Shown here piece by piece: positions 41,130 to 55,362 of a stretch of DNA of 64,000 bases; position 1 is the stretch's first letter, and every line of letters begins with the position of its first letter. The DNA is from the human T2T-CHM13v2.0 reference genome, Homo sapiens. Where the stretch lies: assembly GCF_009914755.1 (NCBI RefSeq), contig NC_060930.1; one strand, written 5' to 3'. Position numbers and translations under genes: made by a program. The notes under the pieces are model-generated. The model saw only the letters and a list, made by a program, of their open reading frames with translations. It did not search any database and was not told the DNA's origin.

Positions 41130-41413
41130 AGGCACTAACAGGAATCAGCCTTCTGCATCCAGGCCTTGTGTTAATGTGTGAATGACAAAGCAAAAGACCC
41201 CAGTGTGTGAGGCAGGAATTTGGACATCAGAAGGAGGAAAAACAGGATGAAGCTTCCGGAAGGAATAACCATCCCAGCTGTATCACCACACACACCTAGA
41301 ACCCTTTAGTCAGGAGGAGGGAGGACGGATCCAACGTGGAATATGTAGGATTTTTCCGTTAGCCTGAATGTACCACCAGATGGAAGGAGGGTCAAGAACA
41401 TAAGTCTGTGCCT

Positions 41414-42175
41414 TGAGGACTAAACTCTGACCTTTTTTTTCTCCTGCCCAAATTCCTACCTAAGGGGCCTGGGGAGGTCACCCTACAAACCACAAAGCCT
41501 CATTGGAGGGGTCTTATTAACCCTGTGTAACTCGGCTCTTTCCAACCTTACTCTGGTGTAACCTCACATGACAGATAAGGAAGAAAATCCAAATATTTTA
41601 ACCCTAAATATGTTTCTTGGCCATATCTTGAAATGTCCCTGCAGAGCTGTCTCATGTGGGGAAAGTCTATATTCTGTAGAAAATCCTGTTCCCTTTCCAG
41701 GCCTTTTTCCTCATCCAGGAAATACTCCACTAAGTTTCTGGCACCTTTTAAGTCTGATAAGAAACATTTACCATCGATTCTCTGTAAGTCTTCTACCTGG
41801 AGGCTGCATCAGCGTAATAAGAACCTTGGTCTCCACAACCCCTTATCCTACCCAGATATTTCCTTTCTATTGGTTCCAGGTCTTTAGATAAACTCTTTCA
41901 ACCAACTGCCAATCAGAAAATCTGTGAATCTGCCTGTGATCTGGAAGCCTCTGCTTCCTGGTGTGCCACCTTTCCCGTCTGAACTGATGTACAGCTTAAA
42001 TGTATTGATTGATGCCTTATGCCCTATAGCATGTATAAAACCTAGCTGTGCCCTGATCACCTGGGTCACACGTTCTCCGGGTCTCCTGAGGACTGTGTCA
42101 CGGGCTGTGGTCACTCACGTTTGGCTCGAAATAAATCTCTCCAATATTTTACAGAGTTTGTTCTTTTTGTTGACA
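41414..42175 (+). mobile_element. MER4D-like solo LTR
   Basis: tgaggactaaactctga...cccaaattcctacctaagggg; TATA gtataaaa; aataaa; end tctttttgttgaca. Confidence 0.8.
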
Positions 42176-42665
42176 ATCTTTTAAAATGTCTAATCAGGAG
42201 AAAATCCCACTCATACAGAGCACCCAAAGGTGTGCTGGCTGCCCACTGACTATTCCGGTCGACAGAGCCAGGTACAGGGGTCAGAGTCACAGCAGCTCCC
42301 GTGGGCCGATGAGGAGGCATGGCTGGGGAGGAGGCTCTGTCTCTCCACACCCGATGGAGGCAGCTCTGCTCCTGAGCTCAGGGTGGACTTCACCTGGAGT
42401 TAGGAGTCAGGGGTCTGGGTCCTGCTTCCTCATTGCTCTGGTACCTGAAAAGATAAGCAGTCTCCGTGAGATGGGGCCTGACCCAGCATGCACAAGCCCG
42501 GGAAGGAAAGGAGTGAAAGGACCTGCTTCCCTGGGACCAGAGCAAAGAGCAGAAAGAGAGTAAGTGATTGATGTCGCCTGGGTTAGAAGGAGGAAGTAGA
42601 GAGGAGCGGGTTAGCGTTAGGGGCTTGCCTGGGCAGTCACAAAGGGCCCCACAGGCAGATGAGCC

Positions 42666-43392
42666 TGTAAACCAAAAATACATTTCTAAGGCCCCCCAGC
42701 TGATAGAGAATGGATGGGCTCCTGACTAAACTCCACCCTCAAGCCTAGAACCTTGGCCTTAAGTGAAAACAGCTGACCTGTTTGCCTTTTTGGCCCTCCC
42801 TGTATCCTATCCTGTGCTCATAAAAAGACTTCAGCTGGCAGAGCAAAGAAGCTGCTGAGGTAAGCAGTCAGCGATGCAAGCTGCTGAGCGGTGGGGATGC
42901 AAGTGGCCGAGTGTCAGAGACTCCCGATTGACAGCGCTGACTTCAGATGGTGTCGTTTTCCATGGGGAACCCGGCCGGGGAGGACGGTGCTTCACGGCAA
43001 GATCACCTTCTTTCCACACCACCCCCTTTCCAGTTCTGCCTTTGTCATCATTCAAACAGTCTGTGTGACCTGATTCTTCCTGGACACTGAACAAGAACTT
43101 GGGTGTCAAAAAGGGCGGGTGCAGAAGGCTGTGACCTTGACCCTTTGCTGGGCCATTAACACTTGGCTGTCCACGGACCGCACGCTGAGTGAAATGAGCC
43201 ACTACAGTTCCTTCCCACAAAGGGGGTCAAGGTCAAAGGAAAAATCCTGTCTCACAATGCATTTCTGAATGCATTTCCTCCATGGCCAGGACACTCGTAA
43301 AATTTAACCTAAAAGACTGCTTCAGGCCATGACAGAAAGTGGAGTAAGACAGGTGTCATATACCTCTCCAGCATCAACATCAACACAGACCC
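42666..43392 (+). mobile_element. MER4B/E-like LTR with a nested MER50-like LTR (about 42702-43254)
   Basis: The tgtaaaccaaaaatacatttctaaggcccccc start resumes after 43254 (ttcaggccatga). The insert has ccaccctcaagcct...aaaaatcctgtctca. Confidence 0.65.
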
Positions 43393-44111
43393 CCCACCCC
43401 CACCTCCAAGCAGCCTCTAGGCAGGTGTCCTTTGTTCTAACTTCTCAGCTCTCTACCAGGGCCAGCTGCAGGATTTAGGGGCCCAGGGCAAAACACAAAT
43501 GCAGGGCTGCCCACACATTCCTCTCAGTCACACATCGGGCCCCTCCTGCTGCCTTGTCCTGGTCCCAGTGGGCCACCAGGTAAAAGTGTCACCCTTAAAA
43601 ATGTTCAATTGATGCAAATTCACATTTAAAGTTAGTTTACTCTGTCCCGGCACAAAAGGGTTGTTTCCAAAGTTACACTGATTAGACAGAAGTGGACCTT
43701 TGTCCCAGCTGAGGCCCTCCCATGGGTACCCACCCCCTGAACGGCGGATGCAAGACGGCAACAGTGTTGACTGAATTCAGGCAGTTTCAGGCCACAGCCA
43801 ACTGGGGAGACAGCAATGAGTGATGAACGGTCGGGGTCCTCTATGCCACGCCATGAAACCTGAACTAACCGGACAAGTTTATCCAGAGCTGGACACGACC
43901 CTTTGGGGGCCATGTGGCATGGTGGTTACCATTGGCCTAGTGGTCAGGTCCAGCTTCAGCCTGTGGCTTCCCTGGCTACTGGCTGTGGGACCTGGGACCG
44001 GACACTGAGGCTGACTAAGGTTTTTACCTCAAACATGCTTATGGTTGTGTGTACCAAGAGGGTGATGTAAACCAGACAGCAAGTGCCTGGTGCGCAGCGA
44101 GTGATTAATAA

Positions 44112-44551
<440 letters not shown>

Positions 44552-47169
44552 CCCCACACACATTTTTTAGTCATCACTGATGGAGTTTGGTCCTGGGTGT
44601 GTTGCTGGGCCTGATGAGAACTTCCTCAACAGGTTCCTGATGCGAAACCCCGCGTTTCTCCCTTGAAAGGGGGCAACCAGCTTCTGGGTTACTCTAAGCT
44701 CTGAGACAGACCTCTGCTTTTCTTCCCTTCTGCTATCACCTTGTTGAAGAGGGCCCTGCTCTGAAGGCTGCCAGAGGCGCCTGGGCCTGCGGAGATACCT
44801 GCTCCCGGCACGTCTCAGAAGCAAAGGCTGTGCACAGCCACTCAGGTCACCTGTGCGGACTCTGTCCCTGGTAGGAGTCCTCCCGTGCGTCCGGGAGCCG
44901 GTGTCATAGCTTGTCTCTGACCGAACGCCCACTGGCAGAGGTGTAGAAAGAGGAGCTCTTAGAGTGTGACTGCAGTCCAGGTCCAGCCAGAGAGAGACTT
45001 CATCCTCCTTATGACTGTGGGACTCAAGTATGTCTGTCATTAGGTGGAGGCTTGATCGATAGGCTCAGCCGCCCTGGTGTTCTGACTCTTGTTCCACTCA
45101 CTGCACGAAATGAAGCTGGCGGAATATTGCTACAAAAGAATGATCGTGGCAGGAGGCGGGGTAGAGCAATGTCAGGTCACGGTGCGTCTTGCACCGAAAT
45201 ATTAAGGCAGTCGTAATGATCTTTGTCTCACAGAAATGAACAGAGTGATGAAGGAGGCTCAGAGAAAGGCAGCTGAGAAGAGCAACAAGGTAGAAAGGCT
45301 GACTTAAAGTAGAGAAATAAAAATTCATCCAGCACCTCCCAAGGTCGGACATTGGTCAAGAAACGCCCAAATAGTTCAGGTCGTTTAACTTTGCTCAAAT
45401 TCCTCAAGGCAGGTATCACGACTCCTCCTGCTTTAGAGGTGAGAATGCCAAGGCTCCCGAGGGCTGAGTAAGGAGCCCTGGTTTGTTTGAGTGCAGGTAA
45501 CACAACAGGTGTTAAAGCCCAATCTTCAGGGTCTTAATCCAACAGAAGTTAACTTTCGCTTAGAAAAAGTTCAGCACCAGAGTTCCTGGTGGATAAGCGA
45601 CTTCCCACAAGGTCATTCCTGGGCCTTCTCTGTGTCTCCCCACCCTGTCCCCCTCTGAGGGTTTCAAGTCCTCGGAAGGTTCTAGATCCACCCTGCATGG
45701 AGCGCAGGGCCCCACTGCTTGTTTCCATTGCTGAGCCCAACAGGAAAGGCTGGGATCGGAGATCGCCTTGCACCCAGGATGGAAGGGAAGTGCGTTTGGT
45801 GAACACATAGTGCCCAGGCCACCTACCCAAAGCCGCACAGCTCCAGCAGCAGCCTACAGTCCGACCCGGGCCAAGAAGCGAAGTCCAACCTCATGCTTTC
45901 TCTGACTTGAGTTTTCTGAACCTCAGAGTCCTCTCCTATAGAATGGAGAACACGTCTCCTTCACAGGATTACTAGGAGAATGAGCAGAGAAAATGCCTGT
46001 GGAGGAGACTTCTGGACACTTAGTTATGGACAGGGCACCAGGAGAAAGGGTGGTGCTGGAGTCTCTCCTTAGCTCTCAGAGATCATCACAAAGAGGGTGC
46101 CTCCTGCTTCCGGCCCATGGCAGAGTGTGTCCGAGAGGCCGCCTCTCACCTCCCTCCCTGGCCTCGCACACGCAGTCGGGACTGGATTTCTGATGGCAAT
46201 TCAGTGACGCACAATCGAAAACCAGCAGCGCGGAACAGGAGATGGGAGCAAACTAAGCTACCGTTTCACTAACTTCACAGAGGAGCCTGACACAGAAAAA
46301 TGTATACATTGTTTGCCTTAAAGTGAACAATAGGGAATAGCTATCGTATCTTCAAAGCAGCTTTCCAAGATCAAATCCGTCGCATCCGGAATGCGTTTCT
46401 TTGACCTTGGAACCTCCAGGAGTGGCCAGGCTCCCCAACAGATCACACGCAGCGTTGCCTAGAAGCCGGTAGCTCTCCCGTAGGACGCTGGGAAGCAGCC
46501 AGCTGTTCATGTGGGAGTGTCGGCGTGCGTTCCTTTGTCAACGTCCTGCAAGAAAGAAAAGGCAAGAACGTCAGCGATGGCTCCACTGACTGATTAAGGC
46601 AAAGGAAGTCGCCACTGTGAGTGATCACCCAGGCTACGCTGGACAGAAACAGGCCATTTGCCAAGTCCCCCAGCAGCTGTCTTTGTTTCCCACTTCGATT
46701 TGCTAATGGGCAATGGGGCTGGAGCTCACTCTGCTCCTTCAGGGAGTGGCTTGGCGACCAGGTCAGACTTCAGTGTCTCCAGGAGCCTGTGAACCTGGTG
46801 CAAGGCTCTTCAGAGTCAGGGAGGGTGGCACACGGTCTTCAGACACGGAACTGAGGCTGTCAGTGGTGGGGAGTAAGTGAAAAATCCCACAGGCCCTGCA
46901 CTGTGTCCATACGTGTTATTAATCTTAGCAATGTGGCCCAGAGAACGCAAGCTCTTCCAGCCTCTGCCCAGGGGCAGCCCAGGAAGCCGTCAGGGATGAG
47001 TGATTCCCTTCCCTTCCCAAGAACCTGAGACAGGCGCAATTACCTCCATGGCTGATAACCACTGTTCTAATCCCATGCTTGACTTAAAATCATCGTATTT
47101 CAGACTTAAGAAGTCTAGACCCAGCTGATTAATCAGCCTTTCCCAGGAGCCATCTGTGGGGTAGGATCA

Positions 47170-47705
47170 GAAGAACCCCGGAAATTTTCTGCCCACTGGG
47201 AAGATTTCATTTCACTGCTATCTTTCAGGGATGTCCTAGAGAGGGGCCGTAGTGCTGCAGCTGTCCACTTTTGGGTGGTGCCTGCATATCATGCAGAACC
47301 ATCTGTGAACCAGGCCCTAGCCTTATGTTCCTCTGTCAACTGATCACAGGGAACTCCCCATGAGGCCAACAGTGCAGGCTGGGGGAGAGAAGGCAGGGTG
47401 GCAGGAGTGGAGACCATGAGCATTTTAGCCACTTCCTCGTGTAACTTACTTGTGCCTTCAGGACCTGCTTGAGCCCGATCACATATATACCACTTCCATT
47501 TGATGCTGGAACACTGCTGTGCACAACCCACTTTATGGCGATGGGTCAGAAAGCACCCAGTTAATGATAGGCAGTTCAGGTCGCATGGTGACTTGCTGAC
47601 CCATAGTCCAATGTTCAGTTTCCACCAAAGCCCAGTAACAGGCCAAGAGCTGTCTCTCAAAAGGAGAGCAGTTATCTGCAGAAGATGGCAGGGCCCTGGC
47701 CCAGA
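47170..47705 (-). mobile_element. ERVL (HERV-L-like) pol RNase H fragment, frameshifted
   Basis: Peptides SPFERQLLACYWALVETE, RPELPIINWV, IKWKWYI and ARAWFTDGSA in different frames. Confidence 0.85.
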
Positions 47706-48026
47706 GTGACAAACCCAAATGAGAAGTGTCTTGCCTCCATAATCCACACCTTCTCAAAATGAGTTGTCCATTTGTAACCCACTAAATTCTGTGGGGAATT
47801 GTCCCCATCAACTTTTTATAAAGCATTAATGATGTCACCGTTATTCCACCCAAGCTTCACCATAAATCTAATGCTTTTTCTTGCTTTCATTTTAGCAGAG
47901 TTCGTGTTGCTCTGATAGAGGCTTTTTTCAAACTGATGTCTTATCCTTCTTAGTACTTCAAATTAGATCCTATTCAGACGTGTTATAACAAGTTAGTATG
48001 AATTTATTTTTCTGCAAAAAAGTTGA

Positions 48027-48331
<305 letters not shown>

Positions 48332-48666
48332 ACTTCCATGAACTATTTTTTTATAATATGTATTTTCCATGAATTTTTTGAAGTCCTCTTGTATGTCTTC
48401 CTACAAAAAAATAAAATGTAACTCAGTGCATTTGCCAACCTACCAAGGAAAAACATAGAGGCCTAAAATGTGACCCCCTGCAATGATCTGATCAGGGAAT
48501 AGTCATATTTAAAAGGTAAATGTGAAAGTCAACTGAGTTGAAATTTGAATGAAAGCTTTTCAATATGCTAATTATTTTAATTCCCACGTCTCCTGAAATC
48601 CAGTGTAAAGGTAGTTTGTGCGGACACCAAAAAAAAATTGTACAACACAGAGGAATGGAGAAAACG

Positions 48667-49144
48667 CCATCCTGCTTTCTGTGGGACCGCTGACAGAGGA
48701 GGGGTGCTGGTCTGCCTTCTCTGTGAGCTGTGCCTTGGGTACTGCACCATCCTGCTTTGCGTGAGGCTGCTGACGGAGGAGGGGTGCTGGTCTGCCTTCT
48801 CTGTGAGCTGTGCCTTGGGTACTGCACCATCCTGCTTTGCGTGAGGCTGCTGATGGAGGAGGGGTGCTGGTCTGCCTTCTCTGTGAGCTGTGCCTTGGGT
48901 ACTGCACCATCCTGCTTTTTGTGAGGCTTGTGACGGAGGAGGGGTGCTGGTCTCCCTTTTCTGTGAGCTGAGCTTTGGGTACCATGCCATCCTTTGCGTG
49001 CAGGGCTGCTGACGGAGGAGGGGTGCTGGTCTGCCTTCTCTGTGAGCTGAGCTTTGGGTACTGCACCATCCTGCTTTGTATGAGGCTGCTGACGGAGGAG
49101 GGGTGCTGGTTTGCCCTCCCTGTGAGCTGAGCCTTGGGTACTGT
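48667..49144. repeat. 80-bp minisatellite (VNTR), 6 copies
   Basis: The unit ccatcctgctttgcgtgaggctgctgacggaggaggggtgctggtctgccttctctgtgagctgtgccttgggtactgca starts at 48667, 48747, 48827, 48907, 48987 and 49066. Confidence 0.97.
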
Positions 49145-49615
49145 GCCTGCATAGTACATATGCCTGAAGCTCACTGCTTCCAAAGAAACCTGATTCCAAC
49201 AGGCTTCTGGGTCTCGTTGCAGTTTTTAGAGTGGTATTTTTGGCCTCCCTTCTGAGGCTGAAAATGTGCCCGGAGAACAGATGGGTGAGATCTTCCTCAT
49301 TAGCTGGGATGGATTTACATTGAAAGGCATTTGTAAAGTTGCTCATCATTAGCAATATAACAGAAAAGATCTTGACAAGTATTCAGAATTCAGCCTGACA
49401 GCCTCATCTAATAAAGGCAGGAAATGAGGGTGGAAGGGAGGGAGGAAGGAAAATACTTGAAGTGTAGCTAAATGTAATCCCTTGTGTAAAGACTAGACAA
49501 CCCCATCTTAGAAAATAGTGTCCATGACATCAGAGACCTGTGCTGTGTCTGTCAACCAGCAGCAAGCAGAAGGCAGACAAAGGGAGATCTCCGAGCCCAG
49601 GGCAGGAAAATAAGA

Positions 49616-50303
49616 TGCTAGAAACAAAAAGTAAAATCTAAGCCTCTCAACTGTCTGAGTGGAGCCCCATCTGTGCCAAAGGGACCCCACAGAAATCTGA
49701 AACACTGAATTCCTGGCCATGATGGGAAGGGGAGTCAGACACACCTCGTTATGCCTCCCCCGCCACTTTTGAAGTTTAGAAACAACTGACCAATATTAAC
49801 ATGAAAATAGAGACCATTAGACTGACAAAACCCACTCTTAGTGGTAATAAGATGCCAGATTCCAACCTGACTGTGGTGTAGTGCTCTGAGCGCTGCCCCT
49901 TGTGAGACTTCATCTATATAGCAAGAACCTTGGCTTCTACAACCCCCCCTTTTCTTGCTCAAGCGTTTCAACTGACTTCTTAAATCTTTAGACAAAGCTT
50001 AACTCTTTCAACCACTGCCAATCAGGAAAACCTTTGAATCCACCTATGACCTGTGAGCATCCACTGCTTCGAGATATCCCACCTCTTTAGGCTAAACCAA
50101 CATACACCTTCCATGTATTGACTTATGTTATGTCCTTGCTTGTAACTTCTGCCTCTCTAAATTTATAAAACCAAACTGCCACCTGACCACCTTGGGCGCA
50201 CTTTCTCAGGACCTCTTGAGACTGTATCCAGGCCACAGTCATTCATGCTGGCTAAGAGTAAACCTTTTAAAATATTTTACAGAGTTTGGCTTTTTCATCA
50301 GCA
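49616..50303 (+). mobile_element. MER4-group solo LTR (MER39/LTR49-like)
   Basis: ggccatgatgggaagggg, gccaatcag...gaatccacctatgacctgt, tataaaa; end agagtttggctttttcatcagca. Confidence 0.7.
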
Positions 50304-50656
50304 TGGCAGAAACACCTTTCCCCTTTCTCTAGACACCCAATGTATCAGTGTGGCTGTTGGAAGATAAACACTTTCATGAAAATAATGAGGCAGTCATAAG
50401 TTCCTCAAACCTGCTGTGTTTTAATGTCTCTTGACAGATGCCCTGGATCTGTTCCTGAAGGATTACAGCATGAAGAAAAATAATGTGGGTAGCCGGGCTT
50501 CATCTTAGCAACACGAGCACCTCATTTTGGTTTTCAGTTGGTCTTTTAATGAACAAATGTGTTGGAATGTTTGGGTCTCTGGTTTTTATGCCGATTTCTA
50601 CCATCCTGCCCTGGGGATGAGGTGGAGCTGGGATTAACAAAAAATTCCTATTCTCC

Positions 50657-50949
50657 AGCCAGGCGCAGTGGCTCACGCCTATAATCCCAGCACTTTGGGA
50701 GGCCAAGGCGGGTGGATCACCTGAGGTCGGGAGTTTGAGACCAGCCTGGCCAACACGGTGAAACCGATCCCTACTAAAAATACAACAAAAAGTTAGCGGG
50801 GTGTAGTGGCAGGTGCCTGTAATTTCAGCTACTTTGGAGCTGAGGCAAGAGAATCACTTGAACCCGGGAGGGGGAGGTTGCAGTGAGCCGAGACCACGCC
50901 ATTGCACTGGTCAATAAGAACGAAACTCTGTCTCAAAAAAAAAAAAAAT
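50657..50949 (+). mobile_element. Alu (AluS-like)
   Basis: Dimer plus A tail; cctattctcca repeated on both flanks. Confidence 0.95.
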
Positions 50950-51239
50950 CCTATTCTCCATGGGACCCAAATCCCTTTTTACCTCCACCTCCTGGATATG
51001 CAGCAATTAAGTGATTCACGGAGGTGCAGTGAGGCGAAGGTTCCATGTAGCCACAGGTTGGAAGAAACAAGTACTGTTGGCATCAACTTTGTCAGCTTGA
51101 AGCAGGCCTTCTAGAACCCATAATGCCAGGACAAGCTTTCTAGATGGCAGAAGAGCCTAGCCTATTTGGTGTGAATGAAAGACACTCAGGTGATACCTTC
51201 TATCTCTTCAAGGTAGGTGCTTAGCTGAAATAGTGCAAT

Positions 51240-51995
51240 GAAGAAAGAGCACTGAGCTGGAAGCCATAAGGCCTGGCCCCAACACTGATAACCATGTGCG
51301 CTTTAACAAATCATTTCTCTCTGAAACTCAGACATAAGGCCTGGCTCCAACACTAATAACCATGCACGCTTGAACAAATCATTTCTCTCTGAAACTCAGC
51401 TTCCCCATCTGTGAAGCAGGGATGGTGCTACTTTTCCAGGTGTGATAGATTAGATTATTGATCCCAATTCTTCCAACCCCTTAGAAAGGGTTGTACATCC
51501 ACCCTTGCCATGTGACTTGCAGAGTCCTCCCCACAACCTCAGATTCTGTATCCCCACTATTGATATTAGCCACGGCCGTGGGACTTGCCTTGCTAGTGGG
51601 ATGAGGGCAGAAGTATCCATGCGCCAGCTCTGGGTCCCTGCATGCTTTTGCTAACTCTCTTGTGTGTGGGTGGGTCCTTCAAGAAAATAAGATGACCCAA
51701 GCAGCTGTGCTCCTTCAGCCCCAGAATAACATACGTGTGACAGACCAGGATTCAGCCCACAGCCTGGAGCCAAGACACCATCCGACCCAGATGAACCTGC
51801 GTGGATCACCTGAGCCACTAGTGACCCAGAGATCCTGAGAGTGAAAAACATGCATGGTCCTATACACCACTGAGTTTTGGGATGACTTGTTACTTAGCAC
51901 TATTATGACAATTGCTGACTAATATACCAGGCTCCTGGAAGATTTGTTGTGAGGTTCTCATAAAATGATGAATGTGAAATTGCATTGTAAGCTGC
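51240..51995. mobile_element. MIR with an internal 68-bp duplication, split by an MLT1 LTR (51441-51926)
   Basis: MIR core ctcagcttccccatctgtgaa; LTR flanked by 5-bp TSD CCAGG. Confidence 0.75.
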
Positions 51996-54911
51996 TTTTA
52001 AAAAAGGTACTTAGCTGGAGTGAAAGCTCTACAAAGGCAGAAATTGTTTTGCTACTGTAACTAGATGAGTTCCTGGAATAAAATAGTAGCTCAATAAATA
52101 CCATATTAATTGAATTGGATGGATGGATGGATATATATATATATATATATATATTTTAACCTTGGAACTTCTATCATAGGCATTTTTCCTTGGGCTGAAA
52201 CTACTAATTTCTCTTAAGTACAGATACCCCCCGAGAAAGCTAAAATGCTGTATTGTTTATCACAATACTTTTGGTTCATGATAATTACTGCCAGATACCT
52301 GGAGTAATTATAGAAATTGTAGAGAACAAGAGGTGAGGGGTGGGAGAGCTAAGAAATGGATTTTCCAGTTTTGCCCATGGCTACTTTGTGCAGCACCTCT
52401 GACAAAAGCTTTGGGAGTTTTCCAGAAACTAGCATTCTGCGCCCTCCCCAAGCACTTATTTCTTCCTTCCCCAGGGTGCCGTGTTTGCATTTCTGCAGCA
52501 CAACATGGAGGGTAAAGGGATTGCAGAGTGAGTCTCCACTTCCACTCGTCTCTGTTGTTGGAGAGGATTAAAAGAGCAGGAGAGGGGCTGCCTGTGTCCT
52601 GGGAAATTTTCAGGACAGAAGAAGAGGCTGGCCCTGTGCAGTAGGTGCAGAGCAGGCACCCGGCCTCCAGGGCCACCGATGACTCCAGGGCCTGGCAGGA
52701 GCCAGGATGTGGCTCCTCGTGGAGGGCTATGCCAGCCGTGTGTCCGACCCAGAGCACAGAACCATTGCCCCAGCAGGGCTTTTCAGTGGAACCGAGTGTC
52801 CCCACACGAGCTTTGTCTCCGGATGCACACGAGGAGATTCTGCAGCACAGTGGAGCCGATTAAGCCATTACAGCTTTCCAGAGGGAAAAGAAAATTTAGG
52901 ACGTGTAGAAACTAAGTCTTTGCCCACAATCAAGTTTCCATTCAAATTATGAAAAGGAAGTGATTGAATGAGAATGAGATGACCTTCCCCTTCCCCCACG
53001 GATCTTCCTCCCTCTGGTTCCCTCTGCTGCTGACACGAGCACTGCACCCAGGCGACGGCCCCGGGCGCCCAGGCTGACTCCCGCACTCGGGCGCTGAGCT
53101 CATGGCCGGTTCTGAAGAACTCTGGTTCTGCTCATGCCCCACATCAAAACGGCCAAGTCTTCAGATTTGGGATTTCCCAAGCCAAAAGCATTTTCATAGA
53201 ATTGCATTTCAATATTTACATTATCTTTAAAGAAAGTCCAGCTAAAAATAAAAAATAAGTAAAAATGTTAAAAATAAAACAACCCCAGAGAGAAGTGGGG
53301 TCTACCTGAATGCAATGCAAGATGAAGTGGACATCTGGACGCCCCTCCTCCAGGGCTTCGCATGCTCCCCGGGGCTCAGGGGCTCGGGTGGGGCAGCTCC
53401 TCATGGCGTGGGGTAGGGAGGGTGACCCCAGGTTCTTAGTCAGGGCAGGTGCAGGCCTGTGAGACACCAGGCGAAGGAGGCAGAGCAGGCCGTCCTGTGT
53501 GGAGTGGCTTATTCTAATTCAAACTCCCCTCTTTTCTTCCTTTTCCTTTTGGGGGAACTCATCCCTCTGAGACCTCAGACAGACATGCACCAGGCTATGG
53601 GTGGGGGTAATGCAGGGCAGGCAGGGTGGTGCAGGAGAAGCATTCTGCTCTTTTCTGCAGTAAGGTAAATATCGTGGCCGTCATCTGTTCCACCTCCTTC
53701 CTGCTGTCTGGCTTCGTTAGTGCAGATCAAGAGCATAGGTCAGTGCCCTGGAGGGTGTTCAGGATGACCGTAGCAGAGGTCTCCGTGCCACAAATGGAAC
53801 CCAGCCTTGCTAACTTCTCCAGGCTCGGTGCCCAGCACCCCCAGGGCACACAGAAACCACTGTGGTGTGAGTGGTGCTGGAGCAGCAGACACAGGCGCCT
53901 TGTTGTCGGGAGGTGGGGGAGCCCCCGCCGGCTTGCGTGTTTTCTTCCTTAGCAACTGCCCCTCAGAAGCAATACAGGACTTACCCTAATGTCACCTCTG
54001 CTGAGTCCACGCCGGGGAATGGCTGAGAAACAACTTCATGCCAGAATCCTGTCAATCTAAGTCTCTACAAAATTCTAGGAACCAAGAAATTATAAACTGA
54101 AAGCTCTTAATGAGAAGCTCTCTGTGGGCAATGATCTGGGCTCTGCAGGGGGCTCCAGCAGCTGCCAGAGGGAAATAAACGTGGAAAAGAACAACCTGAG
54201 GCTGCTCGGCTGAAGGCCGGAGCATGGGGACTGCCCTAACCCTCACTCACGGTGCAGGGAGCTTCCCAGGAAGTCTCAGCTCACCTGCAGCCTTCGAACC
54301 AGGAGAGGCTCCGTGAAAGAGCAGGTGCGTGGACCGGCCGGAGGGGTCAAGAGAACTGATGCCTTGAATGAATCCAGATGAGCAGCCACCATTGTCCTAA
54401 AACACCCTTGTTCCCTTTGGAAAGGGTGGGCCAGTTCTGTGTAGGTTGGGAAGGTGACTGGGACCCAGGACGCCCCATGGCAAGCCAGCTTCTGCCCAGG
54501 AGGTGCTGGCACCGGGCCGCAAGATGGGACATGGCCTGCTGGTGAGGGGTGGTCCCTGAGCTGCCACTGCAGCCTCGACATGTCTCCACTTGGAGACAAA
54601 CAGCAGCTTAGGCCTGGGGGGCACCTCTGCACCCAAGAGCTCCGGGTGCATTGTCTCACTGCTGTTTGTCCAGTCTCAAGGGCTTTGATTTGTTCTGCCC
54701 ACACCTGTGACCACAGCTGCCCATGCCAAACTTTCCTGCGGGATCGTCCTAATAGATCCGCGGGAGCTGGTGGCTCCTCTTCCAAAGCCCCAGACTCTCA
54801 TGTGGATCACCTTTCTTCTCTGTCCCCAGGATGCTCGAGGTCTGGCCTCAACCCTGTCATCATTGTCAATCCCTGCGGCTCCTCCTTCCAGGGAGGCTGG
54901 GCAGAAGAGCA

Positions 54912-55076
54912 ACAGGAGCAGGTGCTCAGGGGCAACACAGAAGACAGGAGCAGGTGCTCAGGGACAACAAGTACTCAGGGGACAGAAGGTGCCAGGAGGT
55001 AGTAGGTGTTCAGGGGGCAGCAGGTGCTCAGGGAGCAGCAGGTGCTCAAAGGCAGTACAGCAGACAGGAGCAGGTC
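54912..55076. repeat. Degenerate ~17-33 bp repeat (gcaggtgctcaggg core)
   Basis: About 7 variants of caggtgctcaggg. Confidence 0.75.
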
Positions 55077-55210
55077 ATTTCTAAATAAGTTTAAAAACTG
55101 AAACATGAATTACTAAGCATGAGTTTAAAGTTTATATCCTTTGACATCGTGTTTTTACATAGTATAGAGAAGCTAAATGTATTTGGTTCTATTAATAAAC
55201 ATGAAAATTG

Positions 55211-55362
55211 TCCGGGTGCAGTGGCTCACACCTGTAATCCCAGCACTTTGAGAGGTTGAGGAGGGCAGATAGCTTGAGCCCAGGAGTTTGAGACCATCCC
55301 AGGCAATGTAGTGAAACTTTGTCTCTACAAAAAAATACAAAAATTAGCCAGGCATGGTGGCT
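55211..55362 (+). mobile_element. Alu left arm (AluJ/FLAM-like)
   Basis: ccgggtgcagtggctcacacctgtaatcccagc...aaaattagccaggcatggtgg, then truncated. Confidence 0.85.

Noticed and set aside
40056-41193. Long overlapping ORFs (up to 272 aa)
   Set aside because: They lie inside a GC-rich MER52-like LTR; stop-codon scarcity explains them.
48667-49144. Regular repeats as a CRISPR-like array (also 10202-10402)
   Set aside because: Units are contiguous with no unique spacers, there are no cas genes, and the context is mammalian.
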